From Octopus sinensis (Eukaryota), in the NCBI RefSeq assembly GCF_006345805.1, contig NC_043017.1, forward strand, positions 13,578,001 through 13,642,000: a stretch of 64,000 nt of DNA, written 5' to 3'. Below, piece by piece: positions 53,680 to 64,000 of this stretch. How positions within the stretch are numbered: the stretch's first letter is position 1; each line of letters opens with the position of its first letter. A program made the position numbers and the translations under genes. The notes below the pieces were generated by a model that made no database searches, had not been told where the DNA came from, and saw only the letters and a list, made by a program, of their open reading frames with translations.

Positions 53680-54003
53680 AAGAGAATCCATTTATTTGTT
53701 TACATGAACTGGGCTTCAGAGGTCCACATCTCTTCAATATCCCCCCGAAGGATCTGAGAGACCTGCATGGGGAGGATGCAGATGTCTTTAAAATAAAGCT
53801 GGACCTCTTCCTGTCAGGAGTCCCAGATGAACCAACTTCACGGCAGGAGGTGCAGATGAGGGCAGCTGCATCAAACTCTCTCATGCACCAAATGTCAATT
53901 GCTAAAAAAGCATTCATGAAGTAAAATCATGTAGCAACACCGAATGGCGGTGCCCCAGCATGGCCACAGCTCATGAGCTGAAACTAGATGAAATGAAATG
54001 AAC
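53680..54003 (+). mobile_element. CR1/L2-group LINE 3' end whose tail resembles the family A SINE tail
   Basis: LGFRGPHLFNIPPKDLRDL...VFKIKLDLFLSGVPDEP, then ggcggtgccccagcatggccacagctcatgagctgaaactag(atgaa)n. Confidence 0.7.
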
Positions 54004-54037
54004 AAAAAATGTTCCTCTGTCTCTGGCACTTTTACTC

Positions 54038-54264
54038 TTAACCCTTTAGTATTTAAACCGGCCATATCCGGCCAAAATAGTTAATCTGTTTTATGTTCAA
54101 ACTGACCAGATCCAGGCTCTCACACCTACCCTACAATGTTATTCTACATTAAGTAATTACACCATCAAGATCTTGAAGATATGAGATAATGCATGATTAA
54201 TTCAAATCAATAGGAATCAATAAGCATTATGTTTGATAGAATAATCAGAACACTAAAGGGTTAA
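54038..54264. mobile_element. piggyBac-like MITE
   Basis: TTAA-CCCTTTAGT ... ACTAAAGGG-TTAA, i.e. TTAA duplication plus short TIR. Confidence 0.75.
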
Positions 54265-54596
54265 ATGCTTCCCACTATAGATCACTTTTCCCTCAAACTC
54301 TAATACAATCAAGTTCAAGGGTCCATATATCCAGACATTAAGGACACAATAAACATCCCCTTTATCTCTCTCTCTTTCTCTCTACCATTCTTACAACCCT
54401 TTCTTCACACAAGCATCTTTCTGGTTTTCATTTCAAAATTCTTATATCATGTTCTTCAAATTAGTATTTCTTACCTATATATTTCTTAGTCATTCTTATT
54501 TGCTATTCCTCGAGTTAATATCTCTCTGATATTAAGCATCTCAAAGTCCGTATCTCTCAAGTATTATCTTAACCTTCCTTACTGCCTATTCTTAAC

Positions 54597-54804
54597 GTCA
54601 GCATATCTCTGCCATTTATCTTAACCAATCTTACAGCCTACTCTTCAAGTCAGCATATCTCTGCCATTTATCTTAACCAATCTTACAGCCTACTCTTCAA
54701 GTCAGCATATCTCTGCCATTTATCTTAACCAATCTTACAGCCTACTCTTCAAGTCAGCATATCTCTGACATTTATCTTAACCATTTTTATATCCTACTCT
54801 ACAA
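54597..54804. repeat. 52-bp minisatellite: three perfect copies plus one diverged copy
   Basis: gtcagcatatctctgccatttatcttaaccaatcttacagcctactcttcaa starts at 54597, 54649, 54701 and 54753. Confidence 0.95.
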
Positions 54805-56010
54805 GATAAACATATTTCTTTGAGGAATTTTCAGAAAAAGGTTTTTATATTCATGAACTGCAAAAACTAATCATTTACTTTCACTTTCACAAACTCATAG
54901 CATCCTCTGTCTCCCCCCCCCCCGCCTTTTCCTCATCATTGGTCATACTTCCCATTCCTTCTGTAACAAAAGATATGCGCTTACCTCTTAGAATTCTCTT
55001 CTCCTTAAACACAGCTAAAACCATGTGGCCTAGTGGTTATTGTATTGGGCTCTTGATCATGAGGTTACAGGTTCAATTCTCAAACTGACTGGTGTCTTAT
55101 GTCCTTGAGCAAGTCACAATGAAATTAGTGCTATTGTACAGGTCCACTGTTGGGACACTTACCAAACACCTGAAGGCAATGCTTGATGGTGCTTACACCT
55201 AAATGTTACAAGCTATCCTGAATATCTCCTATAAAAAGCATCCAACTCAACAAAGACTGTATGGCAATCTTTTTACAATCATCAGAGGGAAAGGCAGGTG
55301 TTTTGCAAGACACTGTTGGAGAACTCAAGAATTTATTAGTGGTACACTTCTAGGGAAACCTCCCCCACCCATCCAAGATAGTAAACACAAATTGGCAGAA
55401 CAGTAAAACTTTTCATTGGATCACTGAAGGTTTTGCTGACCTACTCAAATGCTATGAGAGATATAAGTTGGTTGAACACTTCCTATAAAAAAGATTTTAC
55501 TGACAATACTTCAGCTTTATCTTACATTTATTTCTGTTAAAATACACTTCTTTTGTTTCAATTAATTATGAAAATAATGAAGAATTTAGTAAAATAACTT
55601 CGTCATTATGGCCTTAGTATTTGGAACTTAAATTGATGTGAAATTTTGATGGAGGGTTTCACTTTAAAAGAGGAAGTTTGTGTTATAGAATAAAAGGTGG
55701 TATCAGGTGCTTTGGTATAAAAAAAAGGTTAAAGTCAGTCTAAAACAGTACACTGCTTTGATATCTACCCACCTGAGACATCCCTGGTTCTATAATATAA
55801 ACAACATGCTCTAAAGTGACCTAAATTGTCATGCTAATTTATGTTCTAAACACCAGCTTAATAACGACAAAATTACTTTACTAAGTTCTTCATTTTTTAC
55901 AAAATCAATTGAAACATAAGCAGTGTTTCAAAAGAAGGCTTTAAAATCAATGCAAACATTTAAAAGATTTGATAAACTTTTGCATTGAATTCGAAATCTT
56001 GTGTTTAATA

Positions 56011-56834
56011 TACTCTTTTACTTGTTTCAGCCATTTGACTGCGGCCATGCTGGAGCACCACCTTTATTCGAGCAAATTGACCCCGGGACTTATTCTTTGT
56101 AAGCCCAGTACTTATTCTATCGGTCTCTTTTGCCGAAACGCTAAGTGACGGGGACGTAAACACACCAGCATCAGTTGTCAAGCAATGCTAAGGGGACAAA
56201 CACAGACACACAAACATATACACACACACTTATATATATATACGACAGGCTTCTTTCAGTTTCCGTCTACCAAATCCACCCACAAGGCTTTGGTCGGCCC
56301 GGGGCTATAACAGAAGACACTTGCCCAAGATGCCACGCAGTGGGACTGAACCCGAAACCATGTGATTGGTTAGCAAGCTACTTACCACACAGCCACTCCT
56401 GGCATATTTAACTTTTATTTCTTTTACTGGTTTCAATCATTGACCTGAGGCCATGCTGGGCCACAAATTCTAAAAGCTAGAAGGGCTTCAGTATTTGTAT
56501 CAGTCTGGTAATTATTTTAGTGATTTCTAACAACTTGCTAAGTTATGCTTTTGATAGAAACAGATGCAACCTGACACACTAGTTTACCTTGGTAAAAATA
56601 ATCAGACACAGGCTTATATATTACTCTTTTACTTGTTTCAGTCATTTGACTGTGGCCATGCTGGAGCACCGCCTTTAATCGAGCAACTCGACCCCGGGAC
56701 TTATTCTTTGTAAGCCCAGTACTTATTCTATCGGTCTCTTTTTGCCAAACTGCTAAGTGACAGGGACATAAACACACCAGCATCAGTTGTCAAGCAATGC
56801 TAGGGGTACAAACACAGACACACAAACATACACG

Positions 56835-56865
<31 letters not shown>

Positions 56866-57033
56866 GCATATATACGACAGGCTTCTTTCAATTTCCGTCT
56901 ACCAAATCCACTCACAAGGCTTTGGTCAGCCCGAGGCTATAGTAGAAGACACTTGTCCAAGGTGCCACGCAGTGGGACTGAACCCAGAACCATGTGGTTG
57001 GTAAGCAAGCTACTTACCACACAGCCACTCCCT
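56011..57033 (-). mobile_element. Two family A SINEs (~56011-56401, 56621-57033)
   Basis: Both match family A. Confidence 0.8.
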
Positions 57034-57437
57034 GATATGTATATATCTTCTTGTTAACTTTGCGTCAGGTCTCCATAAAAGCATTAATTTGTCATATGCT
57101 GCTGCTATTTCACATTTAGGGCCGTTTGTAGCACCCTTGTGTAACACCCATTTCGCCCATTTGATAATTTCTTTGCCAGTCTCCATGTTTCACTGCCATT
57201 TAATAGCAATGATTCGACAGTTGCAATGAACAGCTTGATTTTGATTTACCTGGGAAATTTTGGAGCTCCAGACCTCATTTAGTTTGTGATAGGCTGTCCA
57301 TGCTTGTGCCTTTCTAATCTTAATGTTGGCCCTACACACACCCATTTTTACCCCCTGGCCCTTATCCTTTGACTTGTCCATATTATTCTGGCCCTTATTC
57401 ATTGACTTGTCCAACTTTATTCCAAGACTATTTTTAT

Positions 57438-57668
57438 TTAACCCTTTAGCATTTAAACCGGCCATATGCGGCCAAAAGTATTCTGCCTGTTTTATGTTCA
57501 AACTGGCCAGATCTGGTCTCTCACACCAACCCTACAATATCGTTTTAAAAATTAACAGCTACCTCATCAAAATCTCATAGCTACAAGATAATGCGTGATT
57601 AGTTCAAAACAAGGTGGATAAAAAAGTGCATTAATTTTGGCAGAATAATGCGAACACTAAAGGGTTAA
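57438..57668. mobile_element. piggyBac-like MITE
   Basis: TTAA-CCCTTTAG ... CTAAAGGG-TTAA; same family as 54038-54264. Confidence 0.75.
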
Positions 57669-57837
57669 ATTTTCTTACTTTTATTTCAAATTTAGTTTTA
57701 AAATTTTCTTGCTGGATGTAAAAACAAAAGAATATATTTCAATTTATTTAGGCATTCATTAATTTAGATTTCTTTTTAAATTTGTGAATTTGTTTTGCAA
57801 GATTTCTGATGTGAAACCATGTTTTGAAACAGATACT

Positions 57838-58153
57838 GGATGGTCATTTTTTTTTCCCCAAAATAAACACACGCACTATATATTCATTTTTCATTCATTT
57901 TATCTTAAGTCCATTTTCTGAAAATCTTTTGACACACACCTCTGACCTCTTCAGTGACTCTCCCATCCAACATGTCTCCTCCTGTTCTGTTTAGTTCATT
58001 CTCTGAGAAACAGAAGAGTTGCTGAAGAGATCACAGGTATCTGACGAAAGATTTCCAGACAATGGACAGGAGATAAAATAAGAACAATAATAAACAAGTG
58101 AAGAATCAATATACAGTGTGTGTGTTTATTTTGAAAAAAAAAAATGACCGTCC
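57838..58153. repeat. Diverged inverted repeat with hammerhead-like cores (probable Penelope-like remnant)
   Basis: Arms 57838-57961 and 58015-58153 pair, for example ggatggtcatttt/aaaatgaccgtcc and gacctcttcagtgactct/agagttgctgaagagatc. CTGAAGAG...CGAAA at 58022-58049. Confidence 0.55.
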
Positions 58154-59295
58154 CAAAATAAAACAATAGATGTCTTTTTAATTATTTTCAAAATAGAATA
58201 ATTCTGGTTATTTAACTGTAGAAAACCTGCCTCAACAAATTTCATCCAACCCATGCAAACATGGAAAAGTGGAAGTTAAAATGATGATGATGATAGTGGT
58301 GATGGTGATGATGATGTTGGTGATGGTGGTAGTGGTGATGACAGCGATGATGATAACGACAACAACAACAACAATGATGATGATAAAAAATGGTATTCTT
58401 TCTTTTTGCTCAGAATCAGAATTACAATTCTTTCTAGAATAGTCAGAATACCTGAAGTTTGGTGAAGGGGATTAGTTACAACCATCAATCCTTGTACTTG
58501 ACATGACAGTTTTTTTGTTTTATTGGCCCTGAAGGAATAAAAGATAAAATTCGGCCTCAGGTGACTTCAGCCAGATTTGATCCCAGAACGTAAAGACACA
58601 GAACAAACACCCACCCACACAAGACATCGCCTCCAGCTTTCTAACAATTCCGCCATTCTCCCAGAAATACAACAAACTCATGCATCTAAAGTGGACTTTG
58701 AACCCAACATCTTTGAGTAAGTAGGTAGCTTATTGCATAACTTACTGCTTGGCCACTTCAAAAAGAAAAAACGAAAAGCAAAAAACTACATGACCCAATC
58801 GTGGCTAAATCGAACCAACACCTACACACACTCTACCTGTCTGTCTCTCTCTGTCTCTCACACTCTACCCACATTTCTTTCTCTTCTCTCTCTCTCTCTC
58901 TCTCTCTGCCACTCTATGCATTGTTATACACACCACACTTAGTTCACTCGTTACAAGGATGATTAGCCAAGTATATAATTTAGAATGACATGATATGACA
59001 TGACAAGTCGGAGAGATGTAGAATTTATTTTATTTCATTTCTGTTTTCGGTTTCTTTACTTAGAAATAGATAATAAAAGAAGAAAGAGGAAAACAAAAAC
59101 ACAAATAAATAAAAAATAATTGTTTAGCAATCTAACACCAACAAAAATTACATCAAATATGTGAAGGAAAATGGGTTTGTTTTGTTTTGTTTTGTGGTTT
59201 TATGTTTATACTTTTGTTTCATTTTTTTTTTTAGTTTTGGTACTGAAATAGATCTTCATCTGGGTTCTATTTTAAAATTGTAGTTTCGAGATTTT

Positions 59296-59365
59296 ACATA
59301 TATATATATGTATATATGTATGTATATATATATATATATATATATTATATATGTATATATGTATG

Positions 59366-59409
<44 letters not shown>

Positions 59410-59719
59410 GTATATACATATGTATGTATATATATACATATGTATGTATGTATGTATATACATATGTATGTATATATATACATATGTATGTATGTATATA
59501 TATACATATGTATGTATGTATATATACATATGTATGTATGTATATACATATGTATGTATGTATAATATACATATGTATGTATGTATATACATATGTATGT
59601 ATGTATATACATATGTATATATATATATACATATTATATATATATATACATATGTATATATATATATACGTATGTATACATATATATATATGTATGTATG
59701 TATGTATATACATATGTAT

Positions 59720-59767
<48 letters not shown>

Positions 59768-59900
59768 GATGTATATACATATGTATGTATATATATATAT
59801 ATATATACGTATGTATACATATATATATATATATATATACATATACAACATACACATAAATATGTAGGTGTGTGTATATATATATATATATATACACATA
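59296..59900. repeat. Compound (TA)n/(TATG)n microsatellite
   Basis: Directly visible. Other large simple-repeat tracts at 1147-1318, 10451-10535, 30998-31085, 38085-38400, 39436-39960, 46344-46558 and 60188-60663. Confidence 0.95.
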
Positions 59901-60318
59901 CCTGCCACCAGCATGAGGGCCAGTCAGGCAGTACTGGCAACGGCCACACTCAAAAGCACCATTTGAGCGTGGTCTTTGCCAGTACCGCCTGACTGGCCCT
60001 CATGCCGGTGGCATGTAAAAGCACCCACTACACTCTCGGAGTGGTTGGCATTAGGAAGGGCATCCAGCTGTAGAAACTTTGCCAGATCAGATTGGAGTCT
60101 GGTGCAGCCATCTGGTTCGCCAGTCCTCGGTCAAATCGTCCAACCCATGCTAGCATGGAAAGCGGATGTTAAACAATGATGATGATGATATATATATATT
60201 TGTATATATATATATATATGGATATGTGTGTGTATATATATGTGTATGCATATATGTGTATATATATGTGTGTGTATGTGTATGTATTTATATATATATA
60301 TATATGTATATGTGTTTG

Positions 60319-60349
<31 letters not shown>

Positions 60350-60478
60350 TTGTATATATATATATATGTGTATGTATATGTATATATGTGTGTGTGTGTG
60401 TGTGAATATATATGTATATGTGTATATATATGTATATATGTGTGTGTGTGTGTGTGAATATATATGTATATGTGTATA

Positions 60479-60586
<108 letters not shown>

Positions 60587-60625
60587 CACATATACATACA
60601 CATTAATACACATACATATAAATTC

Positions 60626-60667
<42 letters not shown>

Positions 60668-61122
60668 GTTGGAAAGAGCCAGTTTTAAATTTTCAACTGG
60701 AAAACATTCAACAGACTCGACAAAACTGATAACCTATACACAAAAAGCCAGTAATAAATGTACCAAAAACCAAAGTCAAAGATTCTTTGTTTCTTTTCTT
60801 TTCTTTTCCCCTCCCACCCCATGCTCTGCACTGCTGAGAGGTGGGGGAATAGATTTAAACCGTTTTATCTGCAAAGAAGAAGCCAAGGAATAAGAAGAAG
60901 AATTTCTGGAGATAGTCTAACAAACAGAAAGATGTAGAAGTAATAAAATATATTACGGGGCTTAAAAAATATTTGGATAGTGTGGGTTAGACTGGTATTT
61001 AACCGATAAGGAAAGTTTCTAGGTAAAGTTGATAATTAATCTTGTTTATGTGTGAAATTAAGGAAGATTATCAAAAGTTAATTGAATTCTTAGAAAAAAA
61101 ACAAAATTTGTAAATATAAAGT

Positions 61123-61540
61123 AGGCGCAGGAGTGGCTGTGTGGTAAGTAGCTTGTTTACCAACCACATGGTTCTGGGTTCAGTCCCACTGCGTGGCATC
61201 TTGGGCAAGTGTCTTCTACTATAGCCTCGGGCCAACCAAAGCCTTGTGAGTGGATTTGGTAGACGGAAACTGAAAGAAGCCCGTCGTATATATGTATACA
61301 TATATATATATATATATGTGTACGTGTATGTTTGTGTCTGTGTTTGTCCCCCTAGCATTGCTTGACAACCGATGCTGGTGTGTTTACGTCCCCGTCACTT
61401 AGCGGTTCGGCAAAAAGAGACCGATAGAATAAGTACTGGGCTTACGAAGAATAAGTCCCGGGTCGAGTTGCTTGATTAAAGGCGGTGCTCCAGCATGGCC
61501 GCAGTCAAATGACTGAAACAAGTAAAAGAGTAAAAGAGTA
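61123..61540 (+). mobile_element. SINE family A (young)
   Basis: Full-length plus-strand copy. Confidence 0.85.
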
Positions 61541-62757
61541 TATGTATATGTAGGTGCAGGCATGACTGTGGTTAGAATTTGCTTCTCAACCACATGGTTC
61601 CAGGTTCAGTTCCACTGTGTGGTGCCTTGGGCAAGTGCCTTCTGCTATAGAAATAAAGGTAATGCCATGCAACTTTGTAATAATCCTTATTATTATTGTT
61701 GATATATATGTGTATATGTGTGTGTGTGTGTGTGTGTACAGTAAGTCCTTGACTATAGCAGGTTTTACATTACAAAACCCCACTCCTTGAGGGGGGAACG
61801 TGCCCCTCAGGACCCCACCCCCTGGGTCCACCCATGTATATGTGTGTGTCTTAGTATCTGTGTTCGCACCCCACCATCACCAGTTGACAACTGGTGTTGG
61901 TATTTTTACATCCCAGTAACTTAGTGGTTCAACAAAAGAGACCAATAGAATAAGTACTAGGCTTAAGAAGTAAGTCCTGAGGTTGATTTGCTTAACTAAA
62001 ACCCTTCAAGGTGGTGCTCCAGTATGGCTGCAATCAAATGACTGAAACAAGTAAAAGAGTATAAACCTCCATCCCACAAGCAATCAAATCTAGAAATATC
62101 ACTGGGCATGGCTGTGTGGTTAGGGTGCTTGCTTCCGAGCTACATGGTTTCGGGTTCAGTCCCACTGCATGGCACTTTGGGTAGGTGTCTTCCACTATAG
62201 CCTCGAGCCGACCAGAGCTTTGTGATTGAATTTGGTAGGTGGAAGTTACTGTGTGTATGTGTGCATATAGCTGCTCAGTGCCTCTCCGAAAGAGAGAGAG
62301 GGTTTCATTCTACAACAGTTTGGAATTGGCAAAGTTGTTGTGATTACTGTTCAGGCTGTCTATGCTCTGAGTTCAAACCCTGCAGAGGTTGAGTGTCCTT
62401 CACCATTTTTCTGAGAGGAGACATCATATCTGGCCAAACTCAACTTTGCATTTTATCACCCCTCGCTCCGGTCTCAATAAAATAAGAACCAACCATGTCA
62501 AATACTTTGATTGATAGTAGTGACTAAACCCCTTCTGCCAAATTTCAGGCTGACAAGGCCATAGAAGAAAAGAGACAGGTTTGGAAAGAGTGGAAAAGCA
62601 GGATGGGGTGGTGGCAAAGACCCCTATCAGGTAGCTAAAAGGGAAACTAGGCAATGTCTTACAGCATGAAGATCAGGCATTCGAGGTGCTTGGGGATTGG
62701 TAGATAGTGTGTCAGAGAGAATCAAGATATGGGAAAAAGTGTGTGCTAATGGATAAT

Positions 62758-63147
62758 GTGTGGAAGCACTCCGTCGGTTATGACGATGAGGGTTCCTGTT
62801 AATCCGAATCAACAGAACAGCCTGCTCGTGAAATTAACGTGTAAGTGGCTGAGCACTCCACAGACACGTGCACCCTTAACATAGTTCTCGGGGATATTCA
62901 GCGTGACACAGAGAGTGACAAGGCCGACCCCTTGAAATACAGGTACAACAGAAACAGGAAGTAAGAGTGAGAGAAAGTTGTGGTGAAAGAGTACAGCAGG
63001 GATCACCACCATCCCCTGCCGGAGCCTCGTGGAGCTTTTTAGGTGTTTTCGCTCAATAAACACTCACAACGCCCTGTCTGGGAATCGAAACCGCGATCCT
63101 ACGACCGCGAGTCTGCTGCCCTAACCACTGGGCCATTGCGCCTCTAC
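62758..63147 (-). mobile_element. tRNA-derived SINE, family C, inserted in an RTE LINE
   Basis: Reverse complement of family C; TSD taatggataat at 62747-57 and 63148-58. Confidence 0.9.
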
Positions 63148-63438
63148 TAATGGATAATAGCATGTTTGCATTTATTGAGTTTTTTTAAAAAAGGAGGACT
63201 GGAGCAGCTACTGTGAAAGGCATTTAAATGTGAAGAATGAACGGGAGAAGGGCAGTCTTCCCCATGTGAACCCAACAGAGGAACCAGCTATCCTAGTTGA
63301 GAGATATGGCAATTAAAGATATGAAGACAAGGAAAGCCTCTGGTCCATCAGGAGTCACTGCTGAGAGGCTTAGAATATATGGTAGAGTAAGATATGGTTT
63401 AGTCACCTGTATAGTTAATCAGCTGCTACAAAGGGTAA

Positions 63439-63824
63439 GTGGAGGTGCAATGGCCCAGTGGTTAGGGCAGCGGACTCGCGGTCGTAGGATCACAGTTTTG
63501 ATTCCCAGACTGGGCGTTGTGAGTGTTTATTGAGCGAAAACACCTAAAGCTCCATGAGGCTCCGGCAGGGATGGTGGTGATCCCTGCTGTACTCTTTCAC
63601 CACAACTTTCTCTCACTCTTACTTCCTGTTTCTGTTGTACCTGTATTTCAAAGGGCCGGCCTTGTCACTCTCTGTGTCACGCTGAATATCCCCGAGAACT
63701 ACGTTAAAGGTACACGTGTCTGTGGAATGCTCAGCCACTTACACGTTAATTTCACGAGCAAGTTGTTCCGTTGATCGGATCAACCGGAACCCTCGTCGTC
63801 GTAACCGACTGAGTGCTTCCATCC
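63439..63824 (+). mobile_element. tRNA-derived SINE, family C, inserted in an RTE LINE
   Basis: Family C sequence; TSD acaaagggtaa at 63428-38 and 63825-35. Confidence 0.9.
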
Positions 63825-64000
63825 ACAAAGGGTAAGGGAGATGCCTGAGATAGAAGTAATTATAAGGGTATCAAATTGCTGGACCAGGTAATGAAAGTTA
63901 TGGAGAGAGTTATTGCCCAATTAATTATGAGCAAAATTAGACTAGATGAAGTGCAGTTTGGCTTTGTACCAGGGAGAAGCACTACTGATGCCATTTTCAT

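Larger units (their letters stand above)
62545..64000 (+). mobile_element. Decayed RTE-clade LINE ORF (RT domain start) interrupted by two SINEs
   Basis: KDMKTRKASGPSGVTAE; KGKGDA*DRSNYKGIKLLDQVMKVMERVI; LDEVQFGFVPGRSTTDAIF. Confidence 0.85.

Overview
AT-rich, repeat-dense animal genomic DNA. The SINE repertoire and microsatellite load point to an octopus or another coleoid cephalopod (inference from repeat families I recognise). The window is mostly intronic. It holds three well-supported minus-strand coding exons (24702-24787, 16609-16780, 2588-2821) that splice in phase to give a Cys-rich region plus a PET domain, most similar to Limpet/LIMPETin in the Prickle/Testin family. A tentative first coding exon lies at 51678-51722, and the LIM exons would lie left of the window. 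The rest is tRNA-derived SINEs, RTE/CR1/CRE/R4-like LINE remnants, mariner/piggyBac/hAT-like MITEs, Helentron-like elements and microsatellites; nearly all listed ORFs are repeat artefacts. The most notable structure is a ~1 kb non-coding element at 38401-39435 inside a (TA)n tract. It is one full 602-bp circularly permuted unit plus an inverted partial copy. Each copy carries a type I hammerhead ribozyme motif with an intact core, a minimal palindromic stem III and an unusually long ~80-nt stem II, which suggests a Penelope-like or retrozyme-like element. Degenerate hammerhead-like motifs and related inverted-repeat remnants occur elsewhere in the window. Repeat boundaries are read by eye and are approximate.
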